This document shows, one piece after another, positions 25,534-37,859 of a DNA stretch of 46,480 nucleotides. Position numbers and translations under genes: made by a program. This stretch comes from Dicyema japonicum (lineage: Eukaryota; Animalia; Dicyemida): contig RDEW01000010.1 of assembly GCA_011109175.1 (NCBI GenBank), positions 1,384,579 to 1,431,058 on the forward strand. The letters run 5' to 3'. Numbering within the stretch: position 1 is the stretch's first letter; each line of letters begins with the position of its first letter. The notes under the pieces were generated by a model. That model did not search any database, had not been told where the DNA came from, and worked only from the letters and a program-made list of their open reading frames with translations.

Positions 25534-26557
25534 ATGGAATATGATGAATTAGAGAATGACAATGTATTCAACGGTTGTAGTTATTTTTAATGAATAGAAC
25601 CATCAAAAAGGCGAAGAGACACTGAAAGTCATTTTGTCTTATAATTATTAGCCCATCGCATGAAAGCTGAGCAGAGAAAATTTCGGATAACGAGGAATAT
25701 ATCTCCTACGCGCCCTGCTTGTGGTATGTCTAATTTTTGTTGAATTACTTAGCTTATCTTAAATTTGTGTCTGAAAAAATCAATGAGATCAGAAAATTTG
25801 ATAAAAAGACAAGTTATGTAACCATTGTAAAAAAGCTTGGACAAGAATGGGAAAAACTTCCTGATTATCGTAAAAGAGTATTTTTTCAGTTAAGTCAATA
25901 GAAATATATCAGAGAAGCTGCGGAGGAAATAGAAAAGGATTTAATAGCAAAGAAAAAATATGAAAAAACTGAAACTTTTCAAGAATTTTTAAAGCTAAAA
26001 CCCAGCTTAAACGACCTGAAGAAATTATAAAGGCGAAAAAAGTACATTTAATTTTCAGTTTAGAATTCCTCTATGGCCAATGTCCCGATATTTACAAAGG
26101 AATTTTTAGAATTCAACGCATGTTTGTTGTTTAAAATATTTTAGCGCGTCAATCAGAATTAAAATCTCTGCAAAAAGAAATAACGGAGATTGAAGGAAAG
26201 AATAATTCTCTTTCTGACATTATTGATCAACTTCATTCATCCAATAAAAAATTGGAAGACGAGCTTAATCAACAAATGACCAATAATGCCTCGCTTCAGG
26301 CACATCTCAATAAACTCCGTGAAGTGCTTCATTCGAAATTTGCCAATCTACCTTTGCCAAGTTTGCTTAGAATCTCATTTATAGAATCTTCAATTGTTCC
26401 TACTCTTGACGTTATTGATGACTATATTCAACTGCTTAATCGAATTGTGACTGAAGGAAAACCAGAGCATGCCTGTTTTATCGATATTGTGAAAGGAATT
26501 CTTCATACAATTGATTTTGATAAGTTTTTATTATTTTTTAACATTTTTAGACTTTGA
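25534..26557 (+). CDS. HMG20: HMG-box protein HMG20A/B (BRAF35) homolog
   Basis: HMG box (P.RP..AYLKF..KKLGQEWEKLP), VPIFTKEFLEFN, RQSELKSL coiled coil and KFANLPLP..PTLDVIDDYI; about 8 micro-introns; one 1-nt frameshift near 25992. Confidence 0.88.
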
Positions 26558-26689
26558 GTAGTTGATTTTTTGTTAGCAAAATATTACTATTTTCTATTGA
26601 TTTTTACTCTTAAATAATCATTTTAGTAATTAGTTAATTTAGCAATGAAAGCTCTTACTGACCACATTCTTAGAGCAGAAATTTCCGAC

Positions 26690-28540
26690 TATGCACGAGA
26701 AACTACCGTTTGCATCAAAATTAATTGCCCTCAGAAATCCTTGTGGTTGATTAAGACCCATCAATATAGGAAATATACTCAGACTCCTGACGTCGAAGAT
26801 CTTCCAGAGGAGGTTGCAAGACTCTAAGCCACGAACTGAGCCCTATTCAACTCGGAGTTGGGATTTCCGACGGATGTGAAGCAGCAATTAATTTAATCAG
26901 GAATTACATTATAGTCCGCCTGACACTCAAAATTCGATAATAGTTCAACTGGACATTCGCACTGCTTTCAATAACTTTCACAAATAGAATCATGAAGACG
27001 AGTGTTTTCAGGTTCCAGGAAATCAGCAAGATGGTAGACCTCTCATATGGTTGTCCATGCACGATTATTTTCTGGCAACACACGATAGAATCCAAGACTG
27101 GATAATAGGGCGACTCTTTTGACCCCCTACTCTTTGCCTTAAGCATCGATTCTATGGCTTAAGCGATCAGAGCTCCAATGAACTTATGTTACATGGATGA
27201 TGCGATTAATGGAGGGAACTGGGAAATTGTAGTGCTAGAGGTCAAATCAGCCATCTCTGAACTCGCAGTACTTGAATCTGAATCCGTCAAAATGCGAAGT
27301 TATTAACGTTGCTTGCGCAGAGGACGACTTTAACCAGGAATATAGCGATGATTTACACCTACCTTCAAAATGACAGTCATCGAAGTTTAACATGCGATTT
27401 TCATCGGCTCTCCTATATATGGCAAAAAAATGTCAACTCCCTGCAAGAGATATATGCATCTGTTGAACTATTCAAATCTAACTTAACAACTCTGGATTCT
27501 CACATGACGCTATTTTTCCACAAGAAATTTCGTCTCACGCCTCAGCTCCTTTTTTCTACGGACAACCTCCTGTTTCACGGACATGGACTTCTATCGACGG
27601 GAGACACTTAATATTTCATTTAATAAACTGGCTGAATCCAATGTAAATTACCGCTTCGCTATGGAGGAATTGGGATACGCTCACAACTCGAACTCCCCCG
27701 CCAGGCTTCAGTCAATGCTTCCAATGGTCTTATGCGCCAGATCCGGACACTGAACCATTGGCATGCACGGCTTAGAAAGTTTGGACTTATCTAAGTATGG
27801 AATTCCAAAGAACGCTGATAAACAATAAGATTATGTTAAACTTTTATGCTCAAAGACTGTTGATGCGGAAAACTTGAACTTGACCAGCATCTTCTGGCTT
27901 GCCTAGCTTTTGCATCGACGAACGAAAGTGGTGCATGGCTCAGAGCCTTCTTATACATCTGACTTGGGACACAATTGGATGAGAAAGTATAAGAATTGGA
28001 GTTTGCGTCCATCTCGGAGTGGATGTCTGCGTGACCCACCGCTGTATATGTGAAGTATGGTCGACGTTAAAGGTTTTCACTCTCTCTCTTGCCGGATGAG
28101 TGCTGGAAGGCGTCCAAGATACAGTGCAATCAACGGAGTTATTGCATGGAAACTAGAAGCGGCCGGATTCCCTTTCCAGTTGGAGCCTCTCGGACTGACC
28201 CCAGTCAACAAAAGGGCAGACGGGACAACTCTTTTCCCATGGGAAAGTGGTAGATACCTCGCCTGGGACACCACCTGTTTGAATAGCCTCTCCTCCAATC
28301 TTGCTATTATTACAACTAACCCAGGCTCAGCCTTGTAAGAAATACCATGTTTCGGTGGAGTTTTCATTTTTGAACCAGTCGCCGTTGAAACGTCAGGAAT
28401 CATAGGGAAACAGATCACTGACCATATTCCGTATAGGAAAAAAATAGGAGAAGAGGAGCTTGCTCATTGAAAAATAGGAAAAGGAGCTCCCATTTTTTTT
28501 AAATTGTTGAGGAATACGTTCTCAATTCTGAGAGCAGCTG
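26690..28540 (+). mobile_element. Decayed CRE-like non-LTR retrotransposon
   Basis: QLGVGISDGCEAA, GDSFDPLLFAL, YMDDA, YGGIGIR, SGAWL, AAGFPFQLEPLGL..KRADGTTLFPWESGRYLAWDTTC and FEPVAVETSG, with many frameshifts. Confidence 0.9.
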
Positions 28541-28624
28541 ATGATTGTCAACTTTGTTTTTGTCGATAAATTTATTACATAAAAGTTAATTTAGCTTGTT
28601 TAGTGGTATTTTTATCGATTTGGT

Positions 28625-29090
28625 TATAACCTCGGGAACACCGAGAAAGAAAGACAAAAGAGTCAAACAGTTAGGTGATCCCAGTCCTCGCAATCAATTG
28701 TGCCATTCGACGTCTGTGATCTTTCATTGTCCCACTACTTTCCGGAAGAGCCTTCTCTCGGTCTTGCAGAGGAATCCGATCGAGGAAGGAAATTTCTTGT
28801 CCAATCGGGTTTCTCTTGCCATGGAAAGGATCAGACGAAGCGGGTTTCCATCTTTCTCACAGACGCGAAGAAATCCGGAGCCACGACTACGGATCTTAGC
28901 TTCCATGAGTAGTGGGTCGACTGTTGATCCATTACGTGGGCAAAGCATACTGATTGTTTTCTGGTGTATTGAGTTGACTTTTTAGATCATAGACTCCGAT
29001 AGCTCGAATCTCCATGTAACGGAAGGCATACTCAACGGCTAGCGCGATTGTTTGTTGGTAGAGGGTAGAAACAGAAAAGTCCATGTTCTC
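28625..29090 (-). mobile_element. 3' fragment of Jockey/I-like LINE with terminal stem-loop
   Basis: LYQQTIALAVEYA..W..LSES..ST...LLMEA post-RT motif, then hairpin CTGGGATCACC..GGTGTTCCCGAG. Confidence 0.6.
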
Positions 29091-29458
29091 GGGGTCCTCC
29101 GGACAAGGGCGAGTAAAACTTAATTTTCTGGAGGCCCCTGGTAAATCATTTTTTTGCGTGGAGTTGAAATTGAGTAGACTGTCGTACTTGACTCTTATAT
29201 TGTTTTATTGCTGTATTGAATATTCTATTAATTAAATTATTCATCAAATATTTAACAAGTTAAATAAAGTTCTTTTAATTAAATAAATCAAAGAGTTAAA
29301 AATGTTGAACCAGATCGTTCTATATTCGAATTTAGAAACAAAAAAATAATTTTTTAGGTTTCATATCTAAAATTATTCGAAAATTATATTTAATTATATA
29401 AATCAAATAATATAAAATTTAAATTTGAAATTTTCATGTTCAAATTTTATTCAACAAG

Positions 29459-30464
29459 ATGGTCAGCGTTGGTCCGTAATAATTTAGTCTGGATCTATCG
29501 ACTTTGAAGAAATAAAGAATTTTGCTGTAAAATTAGCCACTGTGGCTGGTGATGTGAAATTTATCTAAGGCAAAATTTAGATGATGAAAAAGCCAAGGAA
29601 AAAAACTGAAAATTGAAACTAAGGAATCTTATTGTGATTTGGTGACAGAGGTTGACAAGGAGATAGAAAATGAAATTAGAACATGATAATGATGAATGAA
29701 CGTTTTTCACAAGTTAATGCATTTTACGCAGAAATAGATTTATTGGTGAAGAATCTCAAAATTGTTCGCTTACAGATGAAGTGACTTGGATTGTTGATCC
29801 TATTGACGGAACTAGTAATTTCGTGCATAATTTTCCATTTTTTGTGTTTCTATTGGTGTTACTTTTTGCAAAAAAGTATTCAAAGTGTTTATTTCAGCCA
29901 GTTATTGGTGTTATTTATAATCCATCTACTGATGAGATGTTCACTGCTATCACGGGAAAAGGAGCGTTTAAGAACGGTCAGCGAATTTCAGTATCTTCTG
30001 TTACAGGTTTGACTTGTTATTAACATGAATTTTCTAGAGTTAAAAAGATCGTTGATTATCGCCGAATATGGAGGGTGGCGTTCTGAAGCTATATCCTTTC
30101 AAAAGGTTGCCAATAATAAGAGGTTAATTACCGAAGTCGCAGGGTTTACCTTGTTTCTAGCATTTTGATAGAATTAGGATGAATGGAAGTGCTGCCTTAA
30201 ATTTGTGCTTAGTTGCTAATGGACAAGCTGAAGCCTATTTAGAATTTGGCATTCATGTTTGGGATTACGTAGCTGGAGTTGTAATTGCCAAGGAAGCAGG
30301 GGCTTGTGTGATGAACCCCCATACTGGTATATTCGGTATATGACTAATCATCAGGTGGGGAAGTTGATATTTTAAATCGCTCAATTATTTGTGCTTGTAA
30401 CAAGTCGATTGCAGATGAAATTTTGAAATTGATTGAATGTATTCATTTCGAGAGAGATCTCTAA
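29459..30464 (+). CDS. IMPA1: Inositol monophosphatase (IMPA1-like), about 7 micro-introns, several 1-nt frameshifts in this sequence
   Basis: DLVTEVD, FIGEE, TWIVDPIDGTSNFVH, GSAALNLCLVA and GIHVWDYVAG..IAKEAG. The first intron directly follows the ATG; TAA at 30462-30464. Confidence 0.92.
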
Positions 30465-30559
30465 CTTGTCATGATGATTCACTAATTTTCATTTAATTGA
30501 TTTAATTTTTGTTTCAATTTTAGAATTTGTCTATATTTATTGATCAAGTGATTAACTTT

Positions 30560-30930
30560 ATTATTATAAGCAACAACATAAATTCACATTAGCTATAATT
30601 CCATTCGTATGATTCGAGATACTTGTCTCTCCCACCCTCTCCTACTCGATGGCAAACTCCACAAACTGCTGAGGTCTTCACCTTCCCTTAGTGCTCTGTT
30701 TACTGGTCTCAAATCTCCATTAAATATTTCGGGAAGCGATATACGCGGACAGTCTCTGAACTTTTCTCCAGATGTTTAAAAGAATTCTCCCATGATGATG
30801 TTTGCTGGTGTATCTCGCTCCATTCTTAAAATGTGACCAAACAGTTTTCTGCGATCAAGGTGCTCAGAGGTCCAGAAGAGCATTTTTGTACATTACTTCA
30901 CTCGTTACACGCATTGGCATGTACAAATAT
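30560..30930 (-). mobile_element. Decayed RTE 3' fragment
   Basis: LFGHILRMERDTPANIIM matches LFGHVLRMNPDAPANKAM of the RTE at 3660-5635. Boundaries are approximate. Confidence 0.7.
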
Positions 30931-31654
30931 TATTAACTTTATCTAAGCTTAAATTTCAATCAGTTGTATGTAAGAAAACTCTTTGGCACCACCCCTCTCT
31001 ACAGACGTACGTAAACTGAGTGATTTAAAAGATGTCCTCTGTTTCTTTCACACCTCTTCTAGTTGAAAGCACATAACCAATTTGAATATCTTGAATTAGC
31101 AAACAGTTCGTTTAAAATGCCAAGACTGACCAATGGGAGTGATCGGCACTTGCTGCATCCTACTTAATAAACGTAAGTCTCCTACAAGTTAGTGAGGCAG
31201 GGTTACTTAACTAACTAAAAAAACTCTTGGAAGCAGAACGACTTAACACAAACATTTAGTCAAGGGATCTGATGAAGAGTTCATTTCTGATTCCCACAAA
31301 CTTAAGGAGCTGTCGCGTAATAGTTTTTAAGACACCTCAAAGGATGTGCAAAAAGGGAATAAGAACGAGTTGCAAGTTAACTCCTCTAATATTAGGAGGA
31401 TGATTTCCTATCGATTCGGATGAATTGTTGAAATATTAATTAATTTGATAGATTTTACATCAATGAAATAAATTTTATAAAACCTTAGCAATAATTGAGA
31501 AATAGATATTTTGTGGTTTGAGATAAGATTTTAGCTTATTTTACTAACAGAAATGGTCGAAAATTATTCTCAATCTAGTTTCTTGATAATTTACATTTTT
31601 AAGATAATGGCTATTTTTAGTTCTCAAAAAGCACTAATAATTTAACTTTTAATA

Positions 31655-31880
31655 TCTCGGACCCAGGTCATGCTTTTAAGCAAGCACAGGATCAGAAGGT
31701 AAGTACTGAAGCATTTTGTCCCATTTACTGTTGAGACGTTAGGAATCCTTGGCCCACAACCTGACGATCTAGTCCGTCGGATCGGCTCAATGATCGAAAT
31801 GGTCACCAAGGATATACGTTAGACTGGATGGATTTGAGAGCACATCTCGATAGCTACTGTCAGAGGAATATATTTATTAT
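31655..31880 (+). mobile_element. CRE-like endonuclease 3' fragment
   Basis: FVPFTVETLGILGP..LVRRIG..EHISIATVRG motif. Confidence 0.75.
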
Positions 31881-32272
31881 TGGTAAGCCACGGTTCTCTA
31901 CAATTTGATATACAGTAAATCCCCATTAATCCGAAAACTTCAACAATCCTAATTTTTTGATGAGTCAGCAAAATTTTACTAAGTTTCCATATAAACAGGC
32001 TTTAATAAACCGAAACTTCATAATCAGAAAGACATTTATTAAATGTGAAATAAAAATTAAACTTTATTTGGGAATTTTGAAACTCAAAAATTCTTAAAAA
32101 CAGTGAAACACTGGAAACTGTGAACTTGATAATTCGCTTGTTAAATGGATTTCAAGGATGGATGTATCAATGGTGTTATTACTTAAGAAATCATCATTTC
32201 AAAAGCTAAGATATTTGGTAAAAAGGTTGAATCAATGATCTGGAATTTAGGAAAGGCTACACTACACAGATT

Positions 32273-33659
32273 GTGGGCTACACTGCAATTAACGGGGAAC
32301 AAGGCACCAGGGATTGACAACATCTCAAGCGAATTGTTGAAGGCTATACCGGTGACAGCTATCACCAGTCTATGTCAAAAAATTTGGGAAACTGCCACGT
32401 CAGCAAAATACTTCTAAAGATAATACAACATCGTCTAATGCCAAATGCAGAAATGATTCTACCGGATGTCCAAGCAGGATTCAGGAAGGGACGAGGCACA
32501 CGTGACCATATAGCAAATGTCCGGTAGATTATGGAGAAAGCCCATGAATCCCAAAAGAGTGTATACATGTGCTTCATTGACTATCGGAAAGCTTTTGATT
32601 CCGTTATACATGACAAGCTGTGGTCCGTTTTAAAAAAATTTGGATTCGATGCCCATCTGATATTGCTTATCAAATCTCTTTATAAGGATCAAGAAGCTAC
32701 TGTTAGAACAGTGTATGGAGATACCGATTGGTTCAAAATTTGTAAAGGAGTAAGACAAGGATGCTTATTATCTCCCATCCTATTCAATATTTATGCCGAA
32801 ATGATCATGACTAAATTGGATACTGTATCAAATAACGGGATTAAAATTGGAGGCAGGAAGATCAATAATTTGCGCTATGCTGACGATACAACCTTACTGG
32901 CTGAAACAGAGGATGGCCTCAGGGAGTTGATAAGATTCAGAGAAGAGAGCGCCGTCTTTGGTTTATTGCTAAATTCAAGAAGACCAAAATTATGACTACT
33001 GCTAATAATGGAATAATGGAACTAAAAATTGGGAATGAAAAAATAGAGAGTTGCGATAATGTTGTCTTTCTGGGATGTCTAATTAATCGGAATGGTGACA
33101 GAGGCTTGGAAATCAAGAGGCGAATTGCCATGGGACGAGACACCTTCCAGAGAATGAATAGAATTTGGAAAAACAAAGATATTTCCTTAAGGACCAAATG
33201 CAGACTAGTTAATGCAATCGTGTTTCCGGTTTTTCTATACGGCGCAGAATCATGGATATTGAAAAAGGCGGATAGACGAAAAATTGATGCTTTTGAGCTG
33301 TGGTGCTGGAGGAGGATACTAAGAATCCCTTGGACTTGCAAAATAACAAACATCGATGTACTCAAACGGGTAGAGACTGACATTTTGCTAGAAGGAAGAA
33401 TCGTAAAACACAGATTGGCGTTCTTTTGGGATGTTGTCCACTCTGATTCACTGAAAGAACCATTATGCTGAGCAATATTACTGGGAAGAAAAGACCTGGC
33501 CGACCAAGGACTCGGTGGCTATCCACGGTGGAAGACGTCACAGGAATGCCTATATCAAGGCTACTCCAAATTGCAACGGATCGGGAAGAGTGGAGGAAAC
33601 TCGTTCATGAGATCCCCAAGGGTCGGACACGACTTAATTGGACAACATAACATAACATA
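32273..33659 (+). mobile_element. 5'-truncated RTE/BovB-like LINE
   Basis: QAGFRKGRGTRD, MCFIDYRKAFDSV, GVRQGCLLSPILFN, NNLRYADDTTL and IDAFELWCWRRILRIPW; 3' GTCGGACACGACT plus (ACATA)n; 10-bp TSD TACACAGATT at 32263-32272 and 33660-33669. Confidence 0.95.
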
Positions 33660-34128
33660 TACACAGATTCAAAGGAAAATTTAACATTATACTAAAAATT
33701 CTTTACGGAGGAGCCAAAAAGCTTAACACAAGATGAAATTAATTTTAATAGAAAAATGATTGATTAGTTAAAAGAAGTTGGCCTGAAGAATTGCTAAACA
33801 TGAAACTGGAATCTTTGTTTTCAATCTTTTACTTCTAGAACAATTTCAAATAAAAAAATAGGCATAAATCAATCAAAAGTGAGAATCACTATAGCTAATG
33901 CGACTAGAACAATAAAAATTAAACTTTTTGTCATTTGGCAAGTCAAAGACAAAGATGTTTAAAAGATTTTGACTTAGAAAATTATTTACTATGCAAATAA
34001 AAAGGTTTGGATCACAAGAGAACTTTTTTATGTTTTCATCAGTAGTCTTAGCGATGAATTAAAATATTAAGGAAAAAGTTCTTATACTGATAGATAATGC
34101 TCCAAGCCACTTTTTAACGAAATTTTTT

Positions 34129-37126
34129 TTTTAAATAAAAAACAAAATGATTTTTTTAACAATTAAACAAATGTCAGTTGAGGAAGCCTGCTGCGTGGAT
34201 TGCGAACGAGTTCCTTCGGACTATGGCTATTCCAATCTTTTGTCTTAGCCATAACCCTTCTCGTTGATCCTTTTTCTTTCTGGCAAGCAATCCTCCGAGT
34301 TCTCGCAAGAACTCAGCCGTCATTGGACCAACGGCTCTCGATGATTCGGTCGCAACAGGAGTAAATCGGTAGCGATCTACGAGGCAAAAATATTTCTTGA
34401 TTTTTAGGTTCTCCGCAGTCGAAGCAGCTGCTCCAGGCGTCTGAACCGATTTGAAAATATTCGTGCTTGAGAACGTGTCTACACAAGTTGCGTCCCAGAC
34501 AAAGATCTTCCTGACTTGAAGGTGAAAAGGGTCATCCCGTCAGGTCTCTTCCTATCTCCTCGATCAAGACCCACTGGTTCAAGCTGTGATGGGAAGCCTG
34601 TAGCCTTCAGAGCTCTGACGATTACATCTTTCAGAGCAGCATGACGTGGTCCCCTTCCGTCGCTTCTTCTGCAGGACAGCGGGTGCAATCCTTTCGCATC
34701 GATTGTTTTCCCGCATCGGCATCGGTGCTCCTGGCAAACGTCTAGTCCCAGCCTTTGTCCGATTCCAATCCTCAAAGAATCGTCGTCCAAAAAGGTCCCG
34801 AGGTTTGGGCAAGGTATTGCACCAAGCCATGCTCCACTCCCTCTACTTGAAGCTGACACCAAACAAGCCAGACGATGTTGATTTGCTTCTTTTTTAAGGT
34901 CTTCCAAAATTTTGGAGCAGACAATGTTATCCCAATTACTTTGCTTTGTTGTGTCTCCGGACCCGTTCCATTTCCGACAAGCTTCGTCAAATACTCATTC
35001 CAGCTAAGTCCAATAGTGTTATGAAGGACTTGCCGTGTCAAATGGCTGCAGCTTGAGAGAGACGATAGATATGCCGGGTACGCAACTTCCAGCGCCGATC
35101 TTAGACCGACACCCCCAAATCCAGAGGGAAGCTTGCATTGTTTCTAACCAAGTTCGTCGAAGCGGACGTTAATTAGTGACTCAACAGTTTGCTTGAGAGA
35201 TTTGTCTATTGAAAGTAGAGTGTCGTATTGTTCGTAGCAGGGTGAACATCGGAGTAGATATAAAAGCTTGGGTAGTCCGTTGTTGTTTCTCATCAGGAAA
35301 AAAGATGTGTGAGAGTCGAGAGCATGACAATCTTTTCGCAAGGCGTGTTAATTCTTCATTTTTATAATTTATCAACTGGCACAGTCGGGATCCCAGGAAG
35401 CAGTTCGTTAAAAGACTCCTTGATAGAGAGGAAGTTGGTGTATGGATATGAGACATTTATTAGCTCTGATTTGTTAACATTGATGTCCAAGCCCAAATGT
35501 TTTAAAGCGGGTAACGCTTTACGTAATGAATTGTATGTTTTCTTGAACGATCCTCCAATTGTGGCATCATCGAGGTACCAGAGATTTAGCTGAGCATCAA
35601 TTGATCTCACAACCTCTTCAATGGTCAGGGCAAATAAGAGAGGTCCGAGCGGATCTCCTTGTTGGTCACCCGTTTTTGATTTAATAATTTCATTTTCAAA
35701 AACCAAAGACGTATCTTCCGCATAAAATAAATTGACACGAGGGAAAATCTTTGGAGCCCTCTTCCAACACGTTTTCATAATTTCATCTCTTCTGAGAGAA
35801 TTGAAGGCATTCGTTATGTCCAACTTGATTCCAATACATTCATTTGAAATATTTTTGTGTGAAGAAACGCCTTGCTGCATGAACCGCAACCTCACATCCG
35901 TTCTGGATACTAACAACCATTTGTTTAGAAAAAAACTCCTCTCCAAGTTGTCGGCTCACCAGGGTCGATGTTACCTTTGCTGCAAGTCTTCTAAAATAGT
36001 TTCCGACCGCAATGGGGCGGATTCCTCCATTGGGTTTTTTGAAAGCTAGTAGCCTTGCGGAGAATAGCAATTCTCTGGCATATTTTGAGATTTCGCCGTT
36101 AACCATTTTTCTGATTATGTCCGTAATTGAATTGACAAAACAGCGTCCAGCTTCTGAGGTGTAAGTGGACGTAAGGTCCTTAATATGGCAGGACGTAACC
36201 CTTCCAGCCTCCACCGCTGCTAGCGGCGAAGGAAGTTATTCCGTGGCGCACTTCGGATTCGGTAATGATGATCTCCTGGGTTCCTTCAGGATTCAAAAAC
36301 TTTTCATAGTCAGTCGGTGCATCTGGGTGCTTTAGTATTAAGGTATTTAGGACCTCGGGGGTACAAGACAATACTGTGTCATCGGATGTGATAACCCGTA
36401 AGGCTGCCCGCACGTAGCCTTCCAGAAGTTTCCGGTTTACTCTCTCCTTTACATTGTTGGAGGCATCTTTGATGAATGCTCCTCTGGTTTCGACCTCATT
36501 GACATTAAGTTGATGTTCAAGTATTGCGTGTATGTTATGACAGCTAAAATTCATTATGTTTCGTTTCAGTTTCCCGGATAAGTTGAGTCGGGAGTTTGTT
36601 TCTTTATTATTGTCCTCAGATTCCTTTGTAGGTATTCCAAGTGCGACAGGTGCAAAACATATAAGTTTTAGCCAAGATTCCCAACTGTCAGAGGATAGTG
36701 CGTGATCAATGGCATCTGAAAGACACGTTGCTGCGGCAATTCGTACTCCTTTAGGGAGTTTTTTACTGGGATTTTCATGGCTTTCCTGAGGTTCGAGATC
36801 TTCAAGAGAGTATGGTCTGTATGTGGCAGTGTAAAGTTTGGCTGAGTTATTTTTTCTCGCCTGGGGGCCTCCATTCCTATACAAGAGGGGCACAGCCAAC
36901 TCGACAGCGTCTCGGCGCAAGCTTTACTCATTTTTATGCAGCCCAGATGGACGAATGATTCACATTGCGTGCAGTTAATTTCATATTTCCTGATATTCGA
37001 TTGTCCACATAAAAAACATACCTGATTTGTCCGTACTGGATTTGTTCCTCTGTACTTTGTCTTCTTTTCGTTCTTTATTTTCCATCTGAGATTTTTGTTG
37101 ATCACACCACACCACTTAATAAACGT
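34129..37126 (-). mobile_element. Near full-length CRE-like non-LTR retrotransposon (PHD finger, RT, CCHC knuckle, RLE), frameshifted
   Basis: C4HC3 PHD finger; GGIRPIAVG..RRLAAK, QQGDPLGPLLF, WYLDDA, CRCG..H.LSC..RH and KRPDG; TSD GAAATTTTTT at 34119-34128 and 37127-37136. Confidence 0.95.
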
Positions 37127-37859
37127 GAAATTTTTTGAAATTAAAATTTTATTCCTAAAAGAACATTAACTGCTAAGGCATAATCAAGAACTTTAAGCAT
37201 TTTTTGGATTATATGGAAGTCCTTGATTTTGAAAAATAAATTTTGTGAATTTACGGAAGGCCATAATCACATCTCATACGTGAAGTAAAGAAGACACAAT
37301 AAAAAATGTTTTAAATGGATATGGGCAATTAAATGTCTTGATTAATTTGCTAATGAAGATATCATGCAAGATCCTGTTTTGAATGAGTTCAAAAAAAGAA
37401 AGAACTTGCTAATTTGGATAAATTAACTCAAACAGAAACGCTCGACAAGAACGAAATCTTTTTATGAAGATTATAATGTCGACGAGGAAATTATTGGTGC
37501 TGAAAATGGAGAGATTATTATATATGAAAAAATAAATATTAATTACAATGAAATTAGTATATTTTTTTTCACAATCCGAAAGACATCCAAATTTTTTTGT
37601 TTAGATTAATGAGGGTTTACTGTATTTTTAAAAACACAAGAATCACCGCTAAGTTAGAGAAGAACCACGTCTACTTGTTTATCTTAGTAGACTTCTCAAC
37701 TTTTCTTGATGTTCCTCCTGCGACCCAACGCACCTTCTAGACACTCGGGGAACATACCATTGCTTCGGGGGTATCATTTGTGTGACAGTTCCTTTCAAAA
37801 GAACCTCGAATGGTGTCGGCCGTAACAGGATAGCCGAGAAACGATTTAACTATCGCTTG

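Larger units (their letters stand above)
31913..37622 (+). mobile_element. pogo/Tigger-family DNA transposon (decayed, about 1.3 kb net) interrupted by two nested retroelements
   Basis: TIRs CAGTAAATCCCCATTAATCCGAA / CAGTAAACCCTCATTAATCTAAA (19/23 identical), flanked by TA at 31911-31912 and 37623-37624. Transposase remnants: EIIISKAK, LHRFK, SKVRITI, YYANKKVWIT, LILIDNAPSH and IKILFL. Confidence 0.9.
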
